A DNA stretch of 64,000 bases from an uncultured Gammaproteobacteria bacterium (GCA_963778665.1 CAVZVG010000003.1:192813-256812), one strand, 5' to 3'; positions 8,786 through 16,791 are shown, counted from the first letter of the stretch. Notes: a model not told the origin generated them from the letters alone. Made by a program: numbers and translations.

Positions 8786-10210
8786 TCACAAATCATCAAG
8801 CGGACTCGGCACCGCCAGCCCGCCCCGATGCAGCACATGGGTGTAGATCATGGTGGTGCTGACATCCGCATGACCCAATATCTCCTGCACCAGACGGATG
8901 TCCTTGCCGCTTTCCAGCAAGTGTGTGGCAAACGAATGACGCAAGGTGTGGCTGGACACGCGTTTGGTGATCGCGGCGTCTCGTGCGGCCTGATGAACGG
9001 CTTTTTGCAGGCTGGACTCATGCACGTGATGGCGGCGCTGTTTGCCGGTCGTGAAATCCATCGCGAGGCGCGTCGCGGGAAAGGCGTATTGCCAGGGCCA
9101 GGTAGTGGCGGCTTTGCCCAGTTTTCTTGCCAGCGAAGGTGGTAACAGAACCTCACCGCAACCCAGCGCCAGGTCGTCCTCATGGAGTTTCCTGACCTGC
9201 TCGAGGTAGGCGGTCAACTTCGGCACGAGCTTTTTCGGCAGCGGCACGACTCTGTCCTTGCCGCCTTTGCCCGCGCGGACGGTGATCTGCAGGAAATCGA
9301 AATCGATATCCTGAACCCGCAGCCTGACGCATTCCATGACGCGCATCCCCGTGCCATACATCAACGACGCCATCAGTTGCGGGCGACCGTTCATCGCTGC
9401 CAGCAGCGCTCTCACCTCATGCCTGGATAGAACGCTGGGAATGCGCCGCGGTTTGCGGGCCTGCGTGTAACTGATCGCCTCGTCCATATTGCGGCCAAGC
9501 ACTTCGCGAAACAGGAAGATCAGGGCATTCAGGGCAATCTTCTGTGTGGACGTAGAGACCCGTCTGCGGACGGCGAGATGTTCCAGGTAAGCGCCGATGT
9601 CAGCGCTGCCCAGACCGTCGATGGGTCGCCAGGCATGAAACTGGAGAAAGCGAGTGATCCAGTGCTCATAGGTTTGCTCGGTACGGACTGCCATCTGTCG
9701 CAGCCGAACTGTTTTGACAAACGCCGCATGGCAGTCCGAGAGCGTCGCGCGAAACCGGGTGATCAGTGGGTTGCTGCTCGGCGCGACCAGCAGCGACGGA
9801 TTGGCATCCCGCATGAGGGTGGGGTGATCCGATTGCAATTCCCTGGCGAAAGCCCGCCAATGGTACCAGTCGTAGCCGGTCGCCCATTCGGGTCGTACCA
9901 GTTCACAGAACAGCAAGCGCAAGGAGTCGGCAATTTGACGAAACTGCCATTCCGAGACGCCGGCCATTCTGCCTTTTGCATTCAGATAGTCGTCGATCTG
10001 TGCCGGTGTATGCGCCGCCAAGCGCAGCCCCCGATGGGCCCGTATGTACGCCTCCGCATGTTTGCGGTACCATGGAATCGCCGCCTGGGTAATGCGGGCT
10101 TTTTCAAGGATGGAGAGATAGTTATGCCAAAAACGCTTAACAACAGCAGCATCGGCAACAGAGTGCTCGTCAGACATTGTCATGCCCTCCATGGCAAAGA
10201 CGAAAAACAT
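8786..10210 (-). CDS. intI: integron integrase IntI (tyrosine recombinase) with ~150-aa N-terminal extension
   Basis: C-terminal 320 aa align with IntI1. Shared segments include LMYGTGMRVMECVRLRVQDIDFDF..ITVRAGKGGKDRVVPLP, the IntI-specific extra segment (..PPSLARKLGKAATTWPWQYAFP..TGKQRRHH) and TLRHSFATHLLESGKDIRLVQEILGHADVSTTMIYTHV. attI and an attC array lie immediately downstream on the opposite strand. Confidence 0.9.
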   Translation of the reverse strand: MFFVFAMEGMTMSDEHSVADAAVVKRFWHNYLSILEKARITQAAIPWYRKHAEAYIRAHRGLRLAAHTPAQIDDYLNAKGRMAGVSEWQFRQIADSLRLLFCELVRPEWATGYDWYHWRAFARELQSDHPTLMRDANPSLLVAPSSNPLITRFRATLSDCHAAFVKTVRLRQMAVRTEQTYEHWITRFLQFHAWRPIDGLGSADIGAYLEHLAVRRRVSTSTQKIALNALIFLFREVLGRNMDEAISYTQARKPRRIPSVLSRHEVRALLAAMNGRPQLMASLMYGTGMRVMECVRLRVQDIDFDFLQITVRAGKGGKDRVVPLPKKLVPKLTAYLEQVRKLHEDDLALGCGEVLLPPSLARKLGKAATTWPWQYAFPATRLAMDFTTGKQRRHHVHESSLQKAVHQAARDAAITKRVSSHTLRHSFATHLLESGKDIRLVQEILGHADVSTTMIYTHVLHRGGLAVPSPLDDL

Positions 10211-10295
10211 AAAAACAGGCCAGACTATGTTAACAAGTTAACATAGTCTCCATCTATCTCAATATACATAGTCTCCACCTAATTCACTGTTAGGC
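10211..10295 (+). promoter_or_regulatory. attI recombination site plus divergent promoter region (candidate Pc: TTAACA 10238-43, 17-19 bp, TATACA 10263-68)
   Basis: Perfect palindrome AGACTATGTTAAC-AA-GTTAACATAGTCT at 10222-10249. Direct repeats CATAGTCTCCA at 10243 and 10267. Core GTTAGGC at 10289-10295 abuts the first cassette. The promoter hexamers are a guess. Confidence 0.6.
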
Positions 10296-10351
10296 AGTAA
10301 ATCGGAAATAAATATAAAATTTAAATAATCATTTTGGATGAGGGGAAAGTC

Positions 10352-10486
10352 ATGACAAGTAAAAATATAATTATTTTGTGGCTTGTATTTTTCGCACATA
10401 ACGTAAACGCGTCTTCATATTATCTTGAAAACATGCCGTCCAGGCGACTACATACACTAGTGGCGGCTGGGTGTTACGCGACGTAG
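10352..10486 (+). CDS. cassette 1: small ORF with signal-peptide-like N-terminus (MTSKNIIILWLVFFAHNVNA..); may be the N-terminus of the next ORF via a frameshift
   Basis: ATG at 10352 preceded by GAGGGGAAAG. Shorter than the 60-aa cut-off of the ORF track. Overlaps ORF 10471..10917 in another frame. Confidence 0.3.
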   Translation: MTSKNIIILWLVFFAHNVNASSYYLENMPSRRLHTLVAAGCYAT

Positions 10487-10917
10487 GGTTTATTGGGATT
10501 CGCTTTGATGTGGCAGAAGATGTGCATATAACTGGACTATTAGGGAACCTAGGTGGAAGTGGAAACTTCTTTGGCGCTATTGACAGAATAGTTGCGGGAA
10601 ACAATCTTCCTTCTGTATCGCCAGGATTTAACTCTACGGATGTGCTCGCGTATGGCACTGCGCCCTTTGCTGGCTCAGTGTCATCGGACAAGACCTTACC
10701 AATGAATATTGTGCTCACCCCAGGAAAGTATGTTGCTTTCTTTGGGGGCTTCGGTGGATTTGGCGTTAATGATTTCGGCTGGATGCCGATGGCGAAAAAT
10801 ACAGACGCCAATGGATTCCCTGTCGGATCACAAATTCCGCTGAGCGACGACCTAGAATACAGTTCAGACTCAGGATGGTCTGAATATCCATATTCTGGTG
10901 TAAGGAAGGGTTGCTGA
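10471..10917 (+). CDS. cassette 1: hypothetical Gly/Phe-rich protein (148 aa, GTG start; frame open upstream to 10402)
   Basis: ORF track entry; no recognisable domain. Confidence 0.45.
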   Translation: MLRDVGFIGIRFDVAEDVHITGLLGNLGGSGNFFGAIDRIVAGNNLPSVSPGFNSTDVLAYGTAPFAGSVSSDKTLPMNIVLTPGKYVAFFGGFGGFGVNDFGWMPMAKNTDANGFPVGSQIPLSDDLEYSSDSGWSEYPYSGVRKGC

Positions 10918-11022
10918 CTAGCGTCCCAGTGCCCTCGGCCATATGTCTTTTCCTTTCAGGGTTCAGTTTACTTATATTGCGATCGTGCCATCGCAATATA
11001 GAAGCATTGCTTGATAGGATGT

Positions 11023-11078
11023 CCTAACACGTTGGCCAAGTCGGACGGCTTCGCCGCCGCTTGCCTTGGTCGTTATAC
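11023..11078 (+). repeat. attC 1 (R'' CCTAAC 11023; R' GTTATAC 11072)
   Basis: Paralogous to attC 6 (shared ..ACACGTYGGCCMAGTCGGACGGCTTCGCCGCCGCT..). Confidence 0.7.
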
Positions 11079-11096
11079 GGCAAAGCCCATTCGCTG

Positions 11097-11429
11097 ATGA
11101 CTAAGGGAATAAAGATAGCAATTGTACTAAGCCTAGTAATGGCGATTATAGGTGTCGTATTTGGTGGTCTTGTCAATGGATTCACATTGCGCACAGTTAT
11201 TCTTTATGGAGTAATGGCGGCGTTTTTGGGGGCGGTAGGCGCGCCAGAGATTGAGCCAAAATATTTTAGGTACCCTACAATTTGGCAGGTTCTCTTTTCC
11301 ATAGCAGGTTGTTCTCTTTTCGCTTTTAGTATGCGAGCTCCATTGGAAGGCTATGTCTTAGCTGTCCTTATTGGAGGCTTTCTCGGCTTCACAGCTCATT
11401 ACTGGGTAAAGTATGTTTCATTTCCATAA
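11097..11429 (+). CDS. cassette 2: small integral membrane protein (111 aa, 3-4 TM)
   Basis: ATG 11097 (MTKGIKIAIVLSLVMAIIGVVFGG..). The ORF track's upstream start at 11061 lies inside attC 1. Confidence 0.5.
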   Translation: MTKGIKIAIVLSLVMAIIGVVFGGLVNGFTLRTVILYGVMAAFLGAVGAPEIEPKYFRYPTIWQVLFSIAGCSLFAFSMRAPLEGYVLAVLIGGFLGFTAHYWVKYVSFP

Positions 11430-11439
11430 AATATTGCCA

Positions 11440-11495
11440 TATAACACAAGCTTCCATCGGAGCGGCTTCGTCGTCCACTGAAGCTGGCGTTATGT
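11440..11495 (+). repeat. attC 2 (R'' TATAACA; R' GTTATGT 11489)
   Basis: Complementary R''/R' pair flanking an imperfect palindrome. Confidence 0.7.
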
Positions 11496-11507
11496 AACGA
11501 ATAGCGC

Positions 11508-11753
11508 ATGTCTCATATGAGTCTGCTTGAATGGACAATTACTCATTTTTTTACTGCCCTCTTTTGGCTTTGGATACTTATTTGGGGCGGGGCAAGACGG
11601 ATAGAGGGGTGGACTTCCTGGTTTTTACTCGGGTGGTTTTCTGGTGGATGGAACGCTGAGCAAATTCGCTTGTATGCACTATGCATGCTTGTAGTGCAAT
11701 TTGCCTGGTTTCTATTAGGTGCATTAAACCCACCATGGAGGGGATTCCCATGA
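11508..11753 (+). CDS. cassette 3: small Trp-rich membrane protein (81 aa)
   Basis: ORF track entry; two hydrophobic helices. Confidence 0.45.
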   Translation: MSHMSLLEWTITHFFTALFWLWILIWGGARRIEGWTSWFLLGWFSGGWNAEQIRLYALCMLVVQFAWFLLGALNPPWRGFP

Positions 11754-11761
11754 GAAAGCTA

Positions 11762-11820
11762 CATAACCCATCGCCCCAGTCCGACGCGCTGACGCGCGCG
11801 GCTGAGCTCACCCGTTATGA
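11762..11820 (+). repeat. attC 3 (R'' CATAAC; R' GTTATGA 11814)
   Basis: Paralogous to attC 16 and the remnant at 21521 (shared GACGCGCTGACGCGCG core). Confidence 0.7.
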
Positions 11821-11832
11821 GTCACAAATAGA

Positions 11833-12156
11833 ATGAGCCAAGAAGACATTAAGGCGCAGGTGGCGAGAAAGGCTCTCGTTCTTTGTGAAGATCGAATCAA
11901 AAACTATTCGGGTGTCGCAATACCAGAACTTCTTGATTCAATCCAAAGACAGCTTGAGTGGTTAGTTTCATATTTCGAAGGTCGAAACCACGAAAGGGAA
12001 AAACTGCATACCCTTGTATTTGGCCACTATGCCGCGCGAGAGATTGACGAGCGAGATGAAGAGTTTATTAAGGCGCTGTACAAAGCAAATTACGTAGCCT
12101 CACAAACGGCAAAAGGTCTAAAAATTGATTTGGGAGTAATCGAAAGTGACTCATAA
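11833..12156 (+). CDS. cassette 4: hypothetical soluble protein (107 aa)
   Basis: ORF track entry; the stop codon TAA overlaps the R'' CATAAC of attC 4. Confidence 0.45.
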   Translation: MSQEDIKAQVARKALVLCEDRIKNYSGVAIPELLDSIQRQLEWLVSYFEGRNHEREKLHTLVFGHYAAREIDERDEEFIKALYKANYVASQTAKGLKIDLGVIESDS

Positions 12157-12228
12157 CAATCACTTCAACTTCGCTCCCTTCGGTCGCCGGACGCTCCTAT
12201 CGTCGCGCCGGTTAAGTGAGCGTTATGT
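12152..12228 (+). repeat. attC 4 (R'' CATAACA 12152; R' GTTATGT 12222)
   Basis: Paralogous to attC 10 (shared TTCGCTCCCTTCGGTCGCCGGACG). Confidence 0.7.
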
Positions 12229-12241
12229 GTAATAAAGGAAT

Positions 12242-12631
12242 ATGATGGAGCCAGAACAAAAAGAAAGATATGTGCGTTGGCAAAATTACAGAATTACCCA
12301 GCTATCTTTTTCAATAAACCTGTTCTTAGGCTTTGCTGTTGCGTCTTTAGCATATGTAATTAATTTGAAACTTGGTGAAAACCCCAAGAATCCAGAACTC
12401 CTGGTTTTTATTATTAAATGGTGGTCTTGGAGTGCAGCTTTAGGCTGTCTTGCCACAATCTCCAGACTTCTTGATTTCCGGTATACAGCTAAAAAAATTA
12501 AATTTGGTGGTAAATTTAATACCTTCATGGCTAAGTGGCTTGGCCCTGTTACATGGGGGGCATTTTGGGGCCAGTTGCTAACATATATAGGTGGTGCATA
12601 TTGCTTTGTTTCGAGCGTCATAAACACATAA
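12242..12631 (+). CDS. cassette 5: membrane protein (129 aa, ~3 TM)
   Basis: ORF track entry. Confidence 0.45.
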   Translation: MMEPEQKERYVRWQNYRITQLSFSINLFLGFAVASLAYVINLKLGENPKNPELLVFIIKWWSWSAALGCLATISRLLDFRYTAKKIKFGGKFNTFMAKWLGPVTWGAFWGQLLTYIGGAYCFVSSVINT

Positions 12632-12710
12632 CAAATCAATCAAGATCGCCCGCAAAAAGCGCGGGCTGGGACCGCCGAAAAGCGGCGGCCCCTTATTTCA
12701 AACGTTAGCT
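12627..12710 (+). repeat. attC 5 (R'' CATAACA; R' GTTAGCT 12704)
   Basis: R''/R' pair with an internal palindrome (GCGGGCTGGGACCGCCG..CGGCGGCCCC). Confidence 0.7.
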
Positions 12711-12724
12711 GCAAAAAACAAAAA

Positions 12725-12961
12725 ATGAAACTCAACAAAGAGGAGTCGAGGAAACGATGGAATGAAATAAGGCAGTTGTGGGCTGAGTGGGATCCAATTG
12801 GAGTTTATGATGCTGATTGGGGTCCGGATGAATACGATAATTATTTAGGCCCATCGTTGCGGTTGCTTGAAGAGGGCGCCAGTAATCAACAAATAACCGA
12901 ATATTTGAGCCAGATCGTAGGCGAATACATGGGGCTTGGGGATAAAGGAATTGAAAATTAA
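12725..12961 (+). CDS. cassette 6: small cytoplasmic protein, DUF1871-like (78 aa)
   Basis: WDPIGVYDADWGPDEYDNYLGP pattern resembles DUF1871 (YugE-like). Confidence 0.4.
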   Translation: MKLNKEESRKRWNEIRQLWAEWDPIGVYDADWGPDEYDNYLGPSLRLLEEGASNQQITEYLSQIVGEYMGLGDKGIEN

Positions 12962-13037
12962 AAACCGGTCTTGTTCGCTGAAAAGCTCCGTTCATGGTAT
13001 GAAAAGATGTGGCCAGGTAGTCATGTTTGAAAAGACA

Positions 13038-13093
13038 GCTAACACGTCGGCCCAGTCGGACGGCTTCGCCGCCGCTGGCCTCAATCGTTAGAA
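13038..13093 (+). repeat. attC 6 (R'' GCTAAC; R' GTTAGAA 13087)
   Basis: Paralogue of attC 1. Confidence 0.7.
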
Positions 13094-13126
13094 GTCACAA
13101 GGATAGCTTCGGTAGAGAGAAAAATA

Positions 13127-13768
13127 ATGGGTGTAAATTCCACAACCGAAATGTATGAAAGGGCGCGACAGGATTTATACGCGAGCATCGTCTATTTCGG
13201 AATAATGAATGATCTATTTTATTCTGACACCGACCGATGTCTTAAGGCATGCATAGAAAAGAATGAGGCAATTCAGCGCAATGAGATAGATTATAACGAG
13301 CTTATGTTTTGGTACCGTTCTCTGATTCGTACATTCTTTGCTTATGTTGAAGGAATAACCTTCTTAATGAGGCAAATAATAATATGGGCGCATGAGCGAT
13401 CAGACATCGTGTTAAGCGATATTGAAGTACTGCGATTGCGTGAAGAAAGGCTAGTGCAAGATGGGGAATCAATCAAAACCTTCGCAAAATTCAATACTGT
13501 CCTTGAAAATGTGTCATTAGCATTCAAATATTTCCCTAAAATGTTTCATTCAAATTATCAGCTACAGAAAACCGATTATAGTTGGATTAGTTTTAGGTCA
13601 GCGTTGAAAGCGCGAGATTCAATTACTCATCCAAAACTGATTGAGGACTATTTACTGCCAGCAGAAGTATTGCAGCAACTTCAGGAGTCAATTGTGTGGT
13701 TCCATGAATCGATGGGCGAGCTAACGAAAAGTTGTATAGATGGGAGGAAATTAGGTAATGACTCCTAA
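13127..13768 (+). CDS. cassette 7: hypothetical 213-aa protein with C-terminal Rx4H (ARDSITHP) HEPN-like motif
   Basis: ORF track entry; predicted all-alpha. The motif call is tentative. Confidence 0.45.
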   Translation: MGVNSTTEMYERARQDLYASIVYFGIMNDLFYSDTDRCLKACIEKNEAIQRNEIDYNELMFWYRSLIRTFFAYVEGITFLMRQIIIWAHERSDIVLSDIEVLRLREERLVQDGESIKTFAKFNTVLENVSLAFKYFPKMFHSNYQLQKTDYSWISFRSALKARDSITHPKLIEDYLLPAEVLQQLQESIVWFHESMGELTKSCIDGRKLGNDS

Positions 13769-13837
13769 CAAGTCACTCCTGTCGACCGCCTACGTCGCTG
13801 GAGCTCCTTCGGAGACGGCAGAGTTTAATCGTTATGT
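13764..13837 (+). repeat. attC 7 (R'' CCTAACA; R' GTTATGT 13831)
   Basis: R''/R' pair read directly. Confidence 0.7.
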
Positions 13838-13852
13838 TGCTAAAGGATAGAT

Positions 13853-14122
13853 ATGGACTTTGAGTGGGACAAGGAAAAGGCCCTTACCAACCACCGTAAG
13901 CATAGCGTCACATTTTTTGAGGCGCGCGAGGCATTTGGTGACGAGTTGTCTCTGACAGTACCGGACCCTGATCACTCTATTGATGAGGATAGGTACTTGA
14001 TTTTCGGGAAATCGTTATCGGGGCGGTACCTTGTCGTGTCATATACTGAAAGAGCAAGCCGAATTCGGCTAATATCTGCTAGAGAAATGACGCCGCACGA
14101 GCGGAAAGCTTATGAAAATTAA
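13853..14122 (+). CDS. brnT: cassette 8: BrnT toxin (DUF497 ribonuclease)
   Basis: MDFEWDKEKALTNHRKHSVTFFEAREAFGDE..DPDHSIDEDRYLIFGKSLSGRYLVVSYTERASRIRLISAREMTPHERKAYE matches the BrnT consensus. Confidence 0.85.
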   Translation: MDFEWDKEKALTNHRKHSVTFFEAREAFGDELSLTVPDPDHSIDEDRYLIFGKSLSGRYLVVSYTERASRIRLISAREMTPHERKAYEN

Positions 14123-14315
14123 AGACGACGAAATGCGTGAAGAGTATCCCGAAGATCTCATCAAATCGGGTGAGCGCGGGAAGTATGCGAAGCAATATCG
14201 TGAAGGGACGAATGTAGTTCTTATCGATCCTGATTTGCACGAATTATTTCCAGACTCAGAATCAGTAAATAAGGCACTAAGGGACTATGTGGCCAAAAAA
14301 CGTAGCGCAACATAA
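14112..14315 (+). CDS. brnA: cassette 8: BrnA antitoxin (DUF4415/CopG-like)
   Basis: KDDEMREEYPEDLIKSGERGKY..VVLIDPDLHELF..ALRDYV matches BrnA. Overlaps brnT by 11 bp. Confidence 0.8.
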   Translation: MKIKDDEMREEYPEDLIKSGERGKYAKQYREGTNVVLIDPDLHELFPDSESVNKALRDYVAKKRSAT

Positions 14316-14397
14316 CAACAGGATCAACCCGACGCAAAACCGTTGCGCAGTTTTGTTCCCTCGCTGCACTCGGCGCGGGTTACCCTGACCGTTAGCT
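14311..14397 (+). repeat. attC 8 (R'' CATAACA; R' GTTAGCT 14391)
   Basis: R''/R' pair read directly. Confidence 0.7.
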
Positions 14398-14413
14398 CTC
14401 AAAAGGACACATC

Positions 14414-14764
14414 GTGAACTGGCTTGAAATGTCGGAATCTGAAATCTTGGCAATTGCCAACCCGATAATGGACAACCTCATGCAAGCCTCGACCGACATC
14501 GACCATGAACGGAATGTCAAAGACTTTACCGACCATCTAAAGTCAATTGTTACAAAAGAAAACCTAGAGGCACAGTGCAAGGAATACCAAGCCAAGCTCG
14601 GTTACTTCGAAAAAAGAGAATTCGTAGCTGTGTTTAGAAAAGAAACGGACGCCGCTATCTTCTGGAAGCAGAGATATACAAAATCCTCAGGAGAGCACAT
14701 CGCGTTTCTTCGGCTAATCTGCGTTGATGGAAAAATCTTAGTTCAAAATGTCTCCGTTACATAA
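14414..14764 (+). CDS. cassette 9: hypothetical protein (116 aa; GTG start or ATG 14429)
   Basis: ORF track entry. Confidence 0.45.
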   Translation: MNWLEMSESEILAIANPIMDNLMQASTDIDHERNVKDFTDHLKSIVTKENLEAQCKEYQAKLGYFEKREFVAVFRKETDAAIFWKQRYTKSSGEHIAFLRLICVDGKILVQNVSVT

Positions 14765-14769
14765 GGCGA

Positions 14770-14831
14770 GCTAACAAGCGCTTGGAGGCGGACGCGCAAA
14801 AGCAACGCGCCGCTTAAGTTGTTCGTTAGCT
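14770..14831 (+). repeat. attC 9 (R'' GCTAACA; R' GTTAGCT 14825)
   Basis: Read directly; shares TTGGAGGCGGACGCG with attC 15. Confidence 0.7.
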
Positions 14832-14843
14832 CCTAAAAATAAT

Positions 14844-15218
14844 ATGTTCATATTTAACTCGCAAAATGGAGATCCAATGCTTCTTGATTCTATTCAAGGG
14901 TTGCGTGATCTATGCGAGCGGTTTGTTCGGTTTCTAGAGTCATCGTCACAAGAGGTTTCGTTCCCGGCAATTACAGTCGGCGATCCAGCACCCTATGAGG
15001 AGCTTCTTGGTGGTCTGCGCGTCAAGAAAGATGAGAGCAATAATTGTCTATCCTTCTCAAATGACGGGTGGCTACTGTTATCGGCAACACACAAAGACCT
15101 TTCTGATTTCAGCAAGGCGCTGCTCGTAAAGAAAGATGGTGACCATAATCATTGGTATAGCCGTCCAGTTTCGCTCATCATAGAAGCAGATGAATGGAGG
15201 GCAAGCAGTGAGAGCTAA
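14844..15218 (+). CDS. cassette 10: hypothetical protein (124 aa)
   Basis: ORF track entry. Confidence 0.45.
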   Translation: MFIFNSQNGDPMLLDSIQGLRDLCERFVRFLESSSQEVSFPAITVGDPAPYEELLGGLRVKKDESNNCLSFSNDGWLLLSATHKDLSDFSKALLVKKDGDHNHWYSRPVSLIIEADEWRASSES

Positions 15219-15290
15219 CAAGCCAATCAAATTCGCTCCCTTCGGTCGCCGGACGTCGCTTCCGCTCCGCCGTTTATTGGAACGTTAGAT
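15214..15290 (+). repeat. attC 10 (R'' GCTAACA; R' GTTAGAT 15284)
   Basis: Paralogue of attC 4. Confidence 0.7.
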
Positions 15291-15301
15291 TTAGGAAGAA
15301 T

Positions 15302-15786
15302 ATGGAAGACATAATCAAAATTTTAGGAGGTACTGCGATAGCAATTGGTGCAGTAGCATGGCTTATAAAAGCCCTAGTGAGCCACTTGCTAGGTAAAGAT
15401 GTTGAAATATTTAAGTCTAAAATAAAATATGAAGCAGAGCATGGCAATCACCTCTTGATGCAAAAAATAGAACTATATAAAGAAGCATCTAATCCCATTA
15501 TTGACTTAATTGTAAAAGCACAACACCAAGGAACTTTAAGAAAAAAGAGGATCTACAAAAATTTGATAAAGATCGTCTTGCAACAACTTCGCTATTAGCA
15601 ATGTTCGCACCCGCTGAAGTATTTGATGAATTTAATAATATGATTGATTGTGTTTATGATTCCTTTGAAGGAAAGCAGGAATGGTCATTTAATACATTTC
15701 GGATTAAAGCGGTATCATTTCTGAGCAAAGTCAGAAAAGACATTGGGTTATTTGAAGATGTACTATCTTACAAAGGGACAAGATAA
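15302..15786 (+). pseudogene. cassette 11: ~160-aa protein with N-terminal TM helix, split by a frameshift at an A6 tract (15541-15546) into ORFs 15302-15598 and 15601-15786
   Basis: The second reading frame is open from 15505, so a single slip in the A-run joins ..GTLRKK to EDLQKFDKDRLATTSLLAMFAPAEVF.. Confidence 0.5.
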
Positions 15787-15787
15787 A

Positions 15788-15863
15788 TATAACAAGCGGG
15801 TCAAGGTCGCTTGCGGTCGCTGGGATAGCCAAAATGCGGCGGCCCCTTACCCTATCGTTAGAT
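15788..15863 (+). repeat. attC 11 (R'' TATAACA; R' GTTAGAT 15857)
   Basis: R''/R' pair read directly. Confidence 0.7.
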
Positions 15864-16440
15864 GCTCGCAAGGAAACGCATCACATGGCCACTGAAGAAG
15901 ACAGCACACCAGAGAATCGCGCACGACGCGTCGAGAAGCAGTGGCGCCACGAGGAACGCGCGCTTAGCAGCACACATGCCTTCTGGGAACACTGGTCGCG
16001 CTGCACGGCGCAATTGCCGGCTTAGCTGGTGTCCTAGTAGCTCTGCCATCGACTGAATTCCCGCCGCTTGCATTCGCGGTCATGGGGCTTCTATCGATAG
16101 GGTCTGTCTCCGCTTTGGCCGCATAAACGCGCTCTCGATAAAGGCAGACGAAGCTCGCGCGGCACATTTCGCAGTGACGAGCAGGCAAAAATGGCCGGAT
16201 GATTTTGACTCGAATAGATCTGATGGAGAGTCAAAGGCCTTAGAGCAAGAGTACAAGCGAGAACGATCGATCATTGAGCCGGTCGCGCTGTGGTTTCTCT
16301 TGGTTAACGCATTGATCTTTGCCATCTTCGCCGCATTGCCTAGCCTGTGCCGGGCGTGCATCTAACACATCGCTGGAGCGCACGCGTGGGATATAAAGTG
16401 CCAAGCCCAAACCGTTGCAGCCGCGCACCTAGCTCAACCG
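15858..16440 (+). other. cassette 12 (583 bp, GC ~55%): coding content ambiguous
   Basis: Candidate ORFs are + strand 15885-16025 (47 aa) and 16174-16365 (63 aa, hydrophobic), and - strand 16080-16361 (93 aa). None is convincing. Confidence 0.3.
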
Positions 16441-16446
16441 TTAGAT
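16362..16446 (+). repeat. attC 12 (R'' TCTAACA; R' GTTAGAT 16440)
   Basis: R''/R' pair read directly. Confidence 0.65.
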
Positions 16447-16455
16447 TCCAAAACT

Positions 16456-16791
16456 ATGAATACCAGACCAAAAAATCATTTGTTAATACTGGTCGTTTTG
16501 CTGGCAGTACTATTTCCTGTTCACACAATCGCAGCTTCAATTGAGAGGGCTGACAAAAAGGATGTCGAGATGCTACTTAATGCGGCCACTAGCATGAACT
16601 CCGCATATTGGGCCTCATTCATAGGTGAAACCAGAGGCAGGGTGTACATTGAATATACCACTGCAATTCAATCAGACAGCTTATTTTCCAATGAACCAAA
16701 ACACGTAGTTTATTGGCTACCTTCATCTGAATTAACAAAAGAACAACTTGAGAAATTCAAGGAATATAAGAAAAAATATGAAACACATTAG
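16456..16791 (+). CDS. cassette 13: secreted protein with signal peptide (111 aa)
   Basis: MNTRPKNHLLILVVLLAVLFPVHTIAAS.. looks like a typical signal peptide. Confidence 0.5.
   Translation: MNTRPKNHLLILVVLLAVLFPVHTIAASIERADKKDVEMLLNAATSMNSAYWASFIGETRGRVYIEYTTAIQSDSLFSNEPKHVVYWLPSSELTKEQLEKFKEYKKKYETH

Noticed and set aside
9578-10246. 222-aa + strand ORF overlapping intI
   Set aside because: Antisense to the intI coding region; no support.
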